Source: a virus
Strand: one strand, 5' to 3'
IMG/VR virus record: IMGVR_UViG_3300020147_000009
Span: 530-64,529 of that record
Length of the DNA stretch: 64,000 bases
Part shown: one piece after another, positions 46,094 through 54,081 of the stretch
Position numbering within the stretch: the stretch's first letter is position 1
Layout: each line of letters opens with the position of its first letter
The notes under the pieces: generated by a model
Told to the model about the DNA's origin: nothing
What the model saw: the letters and a program-made list of their open reading frames with translations, nothing else
Databases searched by the model: none
Translations under genes and position numbers: made by a program

Positions 46094-47251
46094 TTATACA
46101 GAATTATGTTTTCTTGTGATTTCAGTCCATTCACGGTTTGCCAATGCTTTACATTCTTCATAAGCATCTTGAATCATCATCTGAGTTGGTGGAGTCTTTT
46201 GTGTAGATGCAGAAGGTCCACGAAGAGAACCGACCATACCCATTTCACGAGCTACTTGAACGTATCTAATAGCATCGATAACTACACCAGCAGAATTTGG
46301 AGAATCTTGAACAGATAAACGTGCATCAAAAATTACTGGCGCGCCGCCAAAACCTTCTGCCTCAATACGGAAATGAGCAACCTTATTATCTCCGTGATAG
46401 GCAATATAAGAAGAAGGACCAGCATAGATACCGTTCTTTGGAACTGGAATTCCACGAATATCATTCTGTGAACGAATCACGTTTTCCTTGGAGATTTTCT
46501 TTGAGGCCAAACGACTCTGGTCCATCATGTTCAAGAAGTCAGTGTTACCACCGTGGTTGGTTTGTTCATGGAACTTTACCTTCATACCACGATTAAAGAA
46601 CAATTCTTGAAGGGCTTGAGACATTACAGAAGCACCAAGTTGGCTACGCATGTCGTCCCCGATTGCTGGAATTCCGGCTTCTTTCAAACGGCCTTCCCAA
46701 TATGGGTCAGATACAATAAAGACAGGAATACAATTTACGAAAGGAACCTTTGCTTCCAAACAACCTTCGATATAGAATCTTGTTGCCGTTTCAGAACCAA
46801 CTGGCAGATAGTTAAGAACTACATCAACATCGTTATCAATTAAATCCTGAACAAACTTTTCCTTTGTAAGTTCTGGGTCCTTTGTTGGACGGAATGATTC
46901 ATCTTCATCCCATGTCAGCATATGAGGTGCAACACCATCAAACAAAGCACCACGCTTTACTTTAACACCTTCCAACATGTGATTGTAATAATTCTGAATA
47001 TCGGAAGTTGTCAATAAATCAATTGCACAATTTGGTTTCGCTTGAAGGGCTTCAGATAATGGACGACCAACCTTGCGTTTATCAATATCATAAGCCAGAA
47101 CGAAACTAATATTTCCTGCTGTATAACCACCAATGTCCGCAAAAGCAAGACCATCCGTACGACCAGTTGCTGAATATAATGCAACACCTTCAACTAGAGA
47201 CTTTGCGCAGTTACCTACACCAATGATTGCTACTTTAATTACATCTTTCAT
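46094..47251 (-). CDS. myo-inositol-1-phosphate synthase family protein (bacterial Ino1-like, NAD-dependent)
   Basis: IKVAIIGVGNCAKSLVEGV, DVVLNYLPVGSE, GDDMRSQLGASV...LQELF resemble the Rossmann and active-site segments conserved in bacterial Ino1-type enzymes; 385 aa. Confidence 0.7.
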   Translation of the reverse strand: MKDVIKVAIIGVGNCAKSLVEGVALYSATGRTDGLAFADIGGYTAGNISFVLAYDIDKRKVGRPLSEALQAKPNCAIDLLTTSDIQNYYNHMLEGVKVKRGALFDGVAPHMLTWDEDESFRPTKDPELTKEKFVQDLIDNDVDVVLNYLPVGSETATRFYIEGCLEAKVPFVNCIPVFIVSDPYWEGRLKEAGIPAIGDDMRSQLGASVMSQALQELFFNRGMKVKFHEQTNHGGNTDFLNMMDQSRLASKKISKENVIRSQNDIRGIPVPKNGIYAGPSSYIAYHGDNKVAHFRIEAEGFGGAPVIFDARLSVQDSPNSAGVVIDAIRYVQVAREMGMVGSLRGPSASTQKTPPTQMMIQDAYEECKALANREWTEITRKHNSV

Positions 47252-47351
47252 TACTTTTTACCTTTATTTCAGTTGTTTCGTGATTTTCTTGAGACCACAG
47301 GCAGAATTTTGTTTCGTTTTAGAAAGTAGCTGCCCTAAAAACTCATAGAAG

Positions 47352-47359
47352 TATTTATA
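47352..47359 (-). promoter_or_regulatory. late promoter box TATAAATA upstream of MIPS-like gene
   Basis: Plus gtatttataa; about 100 nt upstream of ATG 47251. Confidence 0.4.
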
Positions 47360-47378
47360 ATCACAGAAGAGAACTATA

Positions 47379-48419
47379 TTAAAAATTTTTCAAACTAATT
47401 GTGGTGGGTGTGACAGAATTTGGTTTATTATCCCAATAATTCCATTTATGATGGATTGGGGCTAGATGAACACTCTTTGGTCTTTCCATATAGTCTTTCA
47501 TATAGGACAAAGGTGATATTGTATACCATTCTGTAGGCCACTTAATAGTTTCCCACTTATTACTACTGCACATTTCAGACAGATAATAGGAAAATACACG
47601 AACTACTTCCTGTCTTTCTTTTGTTGACCCAAAGAATGGAGTTCCTTCAAAGTAACCAGTTTTTGGTAACCTACGAGACTCATCCTCAATTGGCAACGGA
47701 AATACTATTTTAATCTTTTTTCCTAATTCTTGTAAACTTTTTTCATAGGATTTTACGAGCATTTCGACATATTCAACAACATTAAAATTTCTCATTATAT
47801 GATGTCGAATATCTATGTTTCCGTAGTATGAAATGATAGTGTCTATTGAATCAAGGTCAAAACCATGGTCCAGTATTTCCTTTTTAATGGACTTCTTCAA
47901 TACACCATTGAGTGTTCTTCCATCTTTACGAAGAACCATTGACTTTCCGTCATAAACGGAAAAAGCATGAGAATCACCAACAATCAGTGAATTGAGTTTC
48001 AAATCTGCTTGGGTGAAATGAGGAATTGTTTTACATTTTTCGGTGACGGCATCCCAATTAACGTTTCTCCAATAATCCTCACAGGACTTAAGTCTGCCTT
48101 TGCACAGTGTTCCATAATCTGGCATTGGAATATCCAACGAGATGAGTTCAACATTTGGATTTACTGTAATGATTCTCTCATAGAATTTCGCTGATTCTTC
48201 TGATGCACCACCGAAGAGATTCAGAGTACCTTGAAACTCCATTGAGTGGTATAGATATACCCTATCAAAGTGGTTCCAGGATTGATTCTCTGTGATGACA
48301 GTTACGTCGAAGCCAAACTTATTCTTTAATTGACAGGCCCAAAGATGGGCCCAACCGGCCTTATGTGAATATCTTGATGATGAGAGATTTCCGCCTACGA
48401 GAGTTATTGCTACTTTCAT
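47379..48419 (-). CDS. T4 beta-glucosyltransferase (Bgt)-like DNA glycosyltransferase
   Basis: N-terminal MKVAITLVGGNLSS...FDRVYLYHSMEFQGTLNLFGG parallels T4 Bgt MKIAIINMGNNVIN...YDRLIVVNSSINFFGG; 346 aa vs 351; C-terminal half not obviously similar. Confidence 0.45.
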   Translation of the reverse strand: MKVAITLVGGNLSSSRYSHKAGWAHLWACQLKNKFGFDVTVITENQSWNHFDRVYLYHSMEFQGTLNLFGGASEESAKFYERIITVNPNVELISLDIPMPDYGTLCKGRLKSCEDYWRNVNWDAVTEKCKTIPHFTQADLKLNSLIVGDSHAFSVYDGKSMVLRKDGRTLNGVLKKSIKKEILDHGFDLDSIDTIISYYGNIDIRHHIMRNFNVVEYVEMLVKSYEKSLQELGKKIKIVFPLPIEDESRRLPKTGYFEGTPFFGSTKERQEVVRVFSYYLSEMCSSNKWETIKWPTEWYTISPLSYMKDYMERPKSVHLAPIHHKWNYWDNKPNSVTPTTISLKNF

Positions 48420-48706
48420 TAATTACAGTACTTCCTCGGATTATGTTGAACTTCATCCTTCGCGAAGTTCATGATTGATGCTATGTATGAATTTTTCATT
48501 TCTACTATAAAGGTATTCTCGTTTATATCACCATTATAGAAGCGTTGCATGATTTTTTCCCAATCAGAAAACATATCAGCTTTATGAGACTCTACGTTCT
48601 CGTCCCATGGTTTTCCTTTTAGAATTTGAGTAGTTAGCCTATTTACAGCTTGGGCCATTTCTTGTACGGTTGGCTCTTTCTCATCTGGCGGGTCAAATCT
48701 TCCCAT
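48419..48706 (-). CDS. hypothetical protein (95 aa)
   Basis: ORF, coupled to Bgt-like gene. Confidence 0.45.
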   Translation of the reverse strand: MGRFDPPDEKEPTVQEMAQAVNRLTTQILKGKPWDENVESHKADMFSDWEKIMQRFYNGDINENTFIVEMKNSYIASIMNFAKDEVQHNPRKYCN

Positions 48707-48742
48707 GATAAACTCCTTCTCAAAATGACATTATATACTAAG

Positions 48743-48958
48743 TTACAACCACAGTCTTACATGTGTTCCAAAAACTTCATCTGTAGACACTATTAGAGTT
48801 TCAACGGTTGTTTCATATGGATATCCGTTAAGATGAGCCCAAGCTTCTGATTTATCTTTTGGTGGGTCACCCATTAGACTATGAGTACAGGTAACTTCAA
48901 TGTCACCTTCCTTCTCTTGAATTTTCTGAAGCTCTTCAATTAAATCTGATATCTTCAT
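48743..48958 (-). CDS. hypothetical protein (71 aa)
   Basis: ORF. Confidence 0.4.
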   Translation of the reverse strand: MKISDLIEELQKIQEKEGDIEVTCTHSLMGDPPKDKSEAWAHLNGYPYETTVETLIVSTDEVFGTHVRLWL

Positions 48959-49175
48959 TTTCAGTAATATCCTCTACTTTAGCGTCCCGAAAGAAATTGA
49001 TTGTTTTGAACCTATCTGAATGACTCATCAAATGAGGATTTCCAGCGAGACTTTCATAATGCCGCTTAACTTGAACTTGAAGGACAACTAATTCTCTCCT
49101 GAAAATACCAGCTCGTTTTGTTCTAAATCGAGTTTTTCCTGTTAGTTCTTCTTTAACTAACTTATAATTTAGCAT
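48936..49175 (-). CDS. hypothetical protein (79 aa)
   Basis: ORF. Confidence 0.4.
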   Translation of the reverse strand: MLNYKLVKEELTGKTRFRTKRAGIFRRELVVLQVQVKRHYESLAGNPHLMSHSDRFKTINFFRDAKVEDITENEDIRFN

Positions 49176-49395
49176 TAGTTATACTTTCAATAGTATATGA
49201 GTTTGGGACGAACACAACTGTTTTAATTGGAAGTACTTCTGAATAATTCATTTCCAAATTAAAAGCAACTGCAGTCTCTGTAGTTTTTAAATGATTTGAC
49301 ATTATGTAATAATATTCACCAATCATAAATAATGTTCTAGGAGTAATTTCGTCTATTGACTTATTTACACCATCAAAGCTAGATGCGATTTTCAT
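49162..49395 (-). CDS. hypothetical protein (77 aa)
   Basis: ORF. Confidence 0.4.
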   Translation of the reverse strand: MKIASSFDGVNKSIDEITPRTLFMIGEYYYIMSNHLKTTETAVAFNLEMNYSEVLPIKTVVFVPNSYTIESITNAKL

Positions 49396-49622
49396 TATTT
49401 ACTCCTATTTGTCTTAAAGATTTGTTGAAGTTTATTGAAAATCCATTCGTCTGGGTCTCCAGTCCTTGCCTTAGCAACACCGTATGGCATGTCATTAAGA
49501 AAGTAATTGTATAATCTATCTAAAAGCCTGTCTTCCAGCTTTTTCTTTCCTCTGGCATATTGGGCTATACGTAGAAAATCAATCGTACCAAACTCTCTTG
49601 ACATGTCAACTAGAACTGGCAT
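49395..49622 (-). CDS. hypothetical protein (75 aa)
   Basis: ORF. Confidence 0.4.
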   Translation of the reverse strand: MPVLVDMSREFGTIDFLRIAQYARGKKKLEDRLLDRLYNYFLNDMPYGVAKARTGDPDEWIFNKLQQIFKTNRSK

Positions 49623-49624
49623 AG

Positions 49625-50056
49625 TTATCCGTTAATTATTGAGTTAATATCAACCAGTTTAACAACGTCTACAAACTTTTGTTTAATAGTATCATATACT
49701 TCTTTTGATATGCTAGTCAAAGTTTCATCTGCACTTAAATCTTCCCAGAATACCCATCCAGCGCTGGAAGAATTCATATCAATGCTATTCGTATTGTAAC
49801 GAGCATCATCGATAATTCTAATACAATCGTATTGAAGTTCTCCATCCACTATGGTTTTAAACTTATAAAAATCCCACATTTTGCGGTCAGGAAAAGATTG
49901 ATGGATGGCAATATATGAGTTTTCATACTTTTTAAGACTGTTTAAAGCCTCATCTTTATTAAGCTTTTCCAACTCAATTTTTAATTGATAAATACGATTT
50001 GAATGTTCACTAATTTCATTATTAATTTGTTCAATCGTTTTCATGTTATTCTCCAT
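49625..50056 (-). CDS. hypothetical coiled-coil protein (143 aa)
   Basis: ORF. Confidence 0.5.
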   Translation of the reverse strand: MENNMKTIEQINNEISEHSNRIYQLKIELEKLNKDEALNSLKKYENSYIAIHQSFPDRKMWDFYKFKTIVDGELQYDCIRIIDDARYNTNSIDMNSSSAGWVFWEDLSADETLTSISKEVYDTIKQKFVDVVKLVDINSIING

Positions 50057-50094
50057 AATGTAGTAATTATATAAAAATTTCTAATTAAAGTACA

Positions 50095-50622
50095 TCATTT
50101 CTTTGTATTCTTGTCTGCCCAATCGAGGTCCAAGTCTTCCTTATATTCTCGTTCGAGGTATAGATGGAACTTAGGAATTTCAATATCCTCAATAGACATA
50201 TCACCAATGTCGTATGACAAAGTAACATGTGGTTTATATTCAGGATAATCAAATGTTGCACCATGTTCCTTCATTAAGTACTTATGTCTCTTTATCAAAC
50301 CATCACAATCAAGTTTGAGAACTAGACAGTTCTTTCCTCCCTGAGAAGGCCAAATTTCCAAACTTTCAACTTGAGCCGAATATGGGTTCTTATAGTAACC
50401 TTCAGGTCTGAAATTAGGTAGAAACTTCCTAGAATACAGGATAGTCACATGGAACTTATTCATCGGAATTACGTTAGGAACATCAATATCTTCAGCAAAC
50501 TTTGCCAGTCGTTCTTGGCTATTTTTACCAAATCTTGCTCCACAATAAGTTCCTGTTTTATCGGTGGATTCATTTACTTTATTAATTGTGAATCCAATAT
50601 ATTCTAGAAAAGTTTTCAACAT
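50095..50622 (-). CDS. 2H phosphoesterase (LigT/CPDase-like; Acb1-like candidate)
   Basis: Two H-x-T-x motifs: FHVTILY and PHVTLSY. Confidence 0.65.
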   Translation of the reverse strand: MLKTFLEYIGFTINKVNESTDKTGTYCGARFGKNSQERLAKFAEDIDVPNVIPMNKFHVTILYSRKFLPNFRPEGYYKNPYSAQVESLEIWPSQGGKNCLVLKLDCDGLIKRHKYLMKEHGATFDYPEYKPHVTLSYDIGDMSIEDIEIPKFHLYLEREYKEDLDLDWADKNTKK

Positions 50623-50629
50623 CTTGTTC

Positions 50630-50983
50630 CTATTTAAAAATGATTAGTGCTGCTAATGTTAATTGAGAAACGAATCCAACAAAGTGAATCAACACGCTCA
50701 CTAAGTCCTTCATTATGATTGACCTAAGAGTCATTATCGATAAAGATAGAAGGACAAATAAGTAGATATCCACATTTGGCAGGTGTTCAGTGACACCTGA
50801 GATATAGGCATACATCGTAGGGATGAACGCTGCATGTAAAATTGCTATTGACATTAGAGACAGAGTTCGTTCTGACAGACTTGTCAGAGCTGTCCATAAA
50901 TTATGACCAAACAACTGCAGGCGTTTTTCCAAAACTTCAATTGGTATAGTCTTCATAATAAATCTCCTAGTTAGAAACTTCAA
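50630..50983 (-). CDS. multi-pass membrane protein (holin-like candidate)
   Basis: Three hydrophobic segments; adjacent to endolysin. Confidence 0.45.
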   Translation of the reverse strand: MKFLTRRFIMKTIPIEVLEKRLQLFGHNLWTALTSLSERTLSLMSIAILHAAFIPTMYAYISGVTEHLPNVDIYLFVLLSLSIMTLRSIIMKDLVSVLIHFVGFVSQLTLAALIIFK

Positions 50984-51341
50984 TCACGTTATAAATTTGG
51001 TCATTAGATATTACTTGTTGAATTTTATGATATTTATTATATCCGCTTTTACGTACAAATTGTCCAATAGACATAATAATAAATTCTTCACCGTAACAGG
51101 ATAACGGTCTATAGGATGGTTGTGCACAAGTAACGGTTGAAAAATTACTTGGTGGTGCAATTGGTCCTACGGGCGACGGACTCTTGGAATTTGCTGAACC
51201 TGCTGCATATCCAATTGCTCCACCAACAACACCACCAACAACGCCACCAACCAATGCCCCAGTTCCTACTCCTACTCCTCGTTTTGCTTCAGCAGTAAAA
51301 GGCATCATAATTAAAGCTAATACAAATAAAATCTTAACCAT
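50967..51341 (-). CDS. secreted/membrane glycine-zipper protein
   Basis: Signal peptide then GVGVGTGALVGGVVGGVVGGAIGYAAG glycine zipper. Confidence 0.45.
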   Translation of the reverse strand: MVKILFVLALIMMPFTAEAKRGVGVGTGALVGGVVGGVVGGAIGYAAGSANSKSPSPVGPIAPPSNFSTVTCAQPSYRPLSCYGEEFIIMSIGQFVRKSGYNKYHKIQQVISNDQIYNVIEVSN

Positions 51342-51350
51342 TATATTCTC

Positions 51351-51866
51351 CTAAGGATGTTCATAAAAAATATGTTTACCAATCTTTGCTAACTTCTTGT
51401 ATTTCCAACCAGGATTTACGTAGTCAGCGTGATAAAACTCAGCATTCTCAAGTGAAGATAGTCTTTCTCCTTCAAGTAAAACTGCCTTTGCAACTTCTCT
51501 TGCTTCATTATAAGCTACTTCATTTCGCTTCTTTAAAGCCTTTGGTTTATCACAATACCAAGAGAACTGACAAACTACACCATTCTTTTGATATACTACT
51601 TTACAAATGTCATTTGGAAAATTACTTGAATTCGCTCTGTTTATAGTAACTTGCGCGATTGCAATCTTTCCTTCTGCGTTTTCTCCAGTTGCCTCATAGT
51701 AAATATTCTCTGTTAGGCAATCTAGTTGTCTATATCTTTCCTTAAGAGTAATATAGTTTTGATTAGTTTCATCAGCCTTGATTCGGTTGTATTGGATTGT
51801 TGTTATCTTATCTATTGCAAATACAACAACGAGTACTGCGATTAATGAAATGATAACATTCTTCAT
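51351..51866 (-). CDS. SleB-like cell-wall hydrolase (endolysin) with N-terminal signal-anchor
   Basis: NIYYEATGENAEGKIAIAQVTINRANSSNFPNDICKVVYQ...QFSWYCD matches the SleB/Hydrolase_2 core; N-terminal TM MKNVIISLIAVLVVVFAI. Confidence 0.7.
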   Translation of the reverse strand: MKNVIISLIAVLVVVFAIDKITTIQYNRIKADETNQNYITLKERYRQLDCLTENIYYEATGENAEGKIAIAQVTINRANSSNFPNDICKVVYQKNGVVCQFSWYCDKPKALKKRNEVAYNEAREVAKAVLLEGERLSSLENAEFYHADYVNPGWKYKKLAKIGKHIFYEHP

Positions 51867-51881
51867 TCCGTCTCCTCATGG

Positions 51882-52067
51882 TTATTTTACTTCTAGACAC
51901 TCAAACTTAACCGTCTTGCTTGTTGCGTTGGTTAATTTAAGAGTCTTATTTCCTTCCTTTTGGCATTGTGCCAATGTTGAAAAGCCTGTTATTGTAACGG
52001 CAGATACAGCTTCATAGTCTGCCATAATACCAGTGTGAAAGAAAATCAATAAGACAAAAGTGCTCAT
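51882..52067 (-). CDS. small membrane protein (61 aa)
   Basis: ORF with N-terminal hydrophobic segment. Confidence 0.35.
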   Translation of the reverse strand: MSTFVLLIFFHTGIMADYEAVSAVTITGFSTLAQCQKEGNKTLKLTNATSKTVKFECLEVK

Positions 52068-52486
52068 ACAACGTTCTCCATCTTACCGGTTTCTTTGTTG
52101 AGTACTTTGAGCACTTTATTCAGCATATGCTCAGTAATATATGGTTGCCGAACGAAAATTATTCCGGCCCGGTCAATCACTTCTCCGTTACCTATCTGAG
52201 AAAGTTGAGTCTTATTTGTGGCTGGTCTGACAATTCTACATGTAGCAGAATCTTCTTTAACATGAATGACTTCCCGCAATCCGCCTTGAGAAGCTCCTTG
52301 CATCTTAACGATGTCACCAACCTTTAGGTTATCTTTAGCCCAGTCTTCTCGCCTATCCTCAAGTTCAGCTTGGACTTTTCGTTTTTCAGCCAATTTAATT
52401 CTGGCTGCTTGTTCAGCAGGGGGAAGCTTCTTAAACCATTCCTCTGTCTGGAAATTTCTTTCCCACCAATCAAAAAATAGTTTCAT
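52064..52486 (-). CDS. hypothetical protein (140 aa)
   Basis: ORF. Confidence 0.5.
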   Translation of the reverse strand: MKLFFDWWERNFQTEEWFKKLPPAEQAARIKLAEKRKVQAELEDRREDWAKDNLKVGDIVKMQGASQGGLREVIHVKEDSATCRIVRPATNKTQLSQIGNGEVIDRAGIIFVRQPYITEHMLNKVLKVLNKETGKMENVV

Positions 52487-52492
52487 ATTAAT

Positions 52493-52891
52493 TCAACCAT
52501 ATATGAGTTTTGCAATTGTTTCGCCGTTATATGTAAAGTACTTTGAACCTTGCATTACAATGACGTCAAGTTTGCGAGGAGTCATACCAACAATTACAGA
52601 TTCTTTACCGAGAATGTTAATAGTTTTGCCAAAGTCAGATTCTTTCAGACCAATCAGACTATGGTTTCGAATAAAATCACGTTTCCACTTTGGGTTACCA
52701 ATAATTTCTTGGCCGTCTTCAGTTACAGACTTTGTTGCGGCGTTGATTTTGGATGTAAACGTTGAGTTTGTGTAGGAGATATCTCCTAGTTTGATATTGA
52801 TATCATACTTTGCTCCAATCTCATCCAGAGCCTTCTGGATGTCGGAACGAATATCAGTGAAATGTTTTGGTTCAAATTTGGTAATCTTCAT
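52493..52891 (-). CDS. hypothetical protein (132 aa)
   Basis: ORF; its SD lies inside the hairpin at 52897..52949. Confidence 0.5.
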   Translation of the reverse strand: MKITKFEPKHFTDIRSDIQKALDEIGAKYDINIKLGDISYTNSTFTSKINAATKSVTEDGQEIIGNPKWKRDFIRNHSLIGLKESDFGKTINILGKESVIVGMTPRKLDVIVMQGSKYFTYNGETIAKLIYG

Positions 52892-52896
52892 GATGT

Positions 52897-52949
52897 AAAA
52901 CTCCTCAATGTTTATAAAGTAAGAACATTATAAACAAATGAGGAGTTTT
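52897..52949 (-). promoter_or_regulatory. long imperfect hairpin (11 + 9 bp stem, 10-nt loop) sequestering the GAGGAG SD of gene 52493..52891; possible terminator/translational operator
   Basis: aaaactcctca (52897..52907) pairs with tgaggagtttt (52939..52949); inner tgtttataa/ttataaaca arms. Confidence 0.45.
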
Positions 52950-52981
52950 TGTATACAAAAATTTTAAAAATAATTAAATTT

Positions 52982-53215
52982 TTATGTAATTTTTGCCATC
53001 TTTTTTCCTTCTTTTTCCATTATTTCTAATGTACCATACATCTTAATGGAACCTTTAGTGTGTGAATTATCCGGTGTTTCTTTAGTGGTAAAACCAACAC
53101 TAGACTCAAAATGATTAATATAGTGAGTTTCTCCCTTGTATTTGATAATCCAAGGAGGAATGCTTTGGTCTATATTGTGAGCCTTATTATAAGTGAAAAT
53201 AATAGGACTGCTCAT
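52982..53215 (-). CDS. hypothetical protein (77 aa from ATG 53213-53215; ORF track starts GTG at 53227)
   Basis: ATG overlaps TAA of upstream PTH2-like frame (TAATG). Confidence 0.45.
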   Translation of the reverse strand: MSSPIIFTYNKAHNIDQSIPPWIIKYKGETHYINHFESSVGFTTKETPDNSHTKGSIKMYGTLEIMEKEGKKMAKIT

Positions 53216-53520
53216 TATGGCCTCCACAACTTGAAGTTACTCATCAACTTCTTTTGATTCTCATCAAGTGGTTCCGTCGTTATGGACGAGTAACCCATAT
53301 CATTATCAGGTTCGAAGAACTTATGATAACGTATGTTGTGAGTATCTAAGTAGTTGCCAATAGACTCTAAGTGAGAAGGTCCTTTAGCTTCCAATAAAAT
53401 TAAATATGGAACCTACGTTGGTTCAAGAAATTCTGCTCCCGCTTGCATAGCAGAATGGCAGGCTTGAACCATTTGATGTTGAATAGGTAAATCTTTTCTA
53501 ATAAAAGTATATGTTCTCAT
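53215..53520 (-). pseudogene. PTH2-like peptidyl-tRNA hydrolase gene interrupted by in-frame amber codon (TAG at 53413..53415)
   Basis: ATG 53518-53520 with AAGGA SD; 35 codons, TAG, then 65 more in-frame codons ending TAA at 53215-53217; first segment RKDLPIQHQMVQACHSAMQAGAEF resembles PTH2 (RxDLxMxxGKxxAQxxHAA); frame ends with TAATG coupling. Confidence 0.5.
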
Positions 53521-53580
53521 TTTGTATCCTTTGAAATTAATTGAAAAATGTTTATAGACAATTAATCTTAAGGAGGTTCA

Positions 53581-54069
53581 TTAATCTAGCGCGTCATGAT
53601 TTTTCCTTTCTTGAATTGGTCGACGGAAAGAAACTTTTGAAACATTGTTCAATATAATTAAGTTAGACTCAGTCACACTTTTTACTAATTTTCTTAGAGT
53701 GTAGTAATAAATCTCGTTTGGTCTAAACAAACGTCTATCTGCACCAGTTAAATATGGAACATATGGGAAGTCTTTTCTTAACGCATCCAAACTCTTATAT
53801 TTCTTTGATAGGTTATTGTTGTAGCAATTGTATTTAGTATGGCAGTTACTAATTTCTACAGTATTATTATCGTAATAATATTTAAAATCACAATTAACAA
53901 TAAGAGTTCCGGAAAACTTTAAATTGTTATAATCATCATTCTCATACTTGTCCCAATAATCATGAAAGTTTTTACAATTAGGATACACGTTAACAATATT
54001 TCCAGACTTGCAAATTTCAACTGCACATCCAGCTGATTTCAATACATCAATTTTTGGTATATGTTCCAT
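53581..54069 (-). CDS. Cys-rich hypothetical protein (162 aa)
   Basis: ORF. Confidence 0.5.
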   Translation of the reverse strand: MEHIPKIDVLKSAGCAVEICKSGNIVNVYPNCKNFHDYWDKYENDDYNNLKFSGTLIVNCDFKYYYDNNTVEISNCHTKYNCYNNNLSKKYKSLDALRKDFPYVPYLTGADRRLFRPNEIYYYTLRKLVKSVTESNLIILNNVSKVSFRRPIQERKNHDALD

Positions 54070-54081
54070 ATTATTAACTTT

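Noticed and set aside
47379-48419. Initial reading of LIVGDSHA as a GDSL/SGNH hydrolase motif
   Set aside because: The N-terminal ~100 residues align much better with T4 beta-glucosyltransferase. The single GDS tripeptide is insufficient for an SGNH call.
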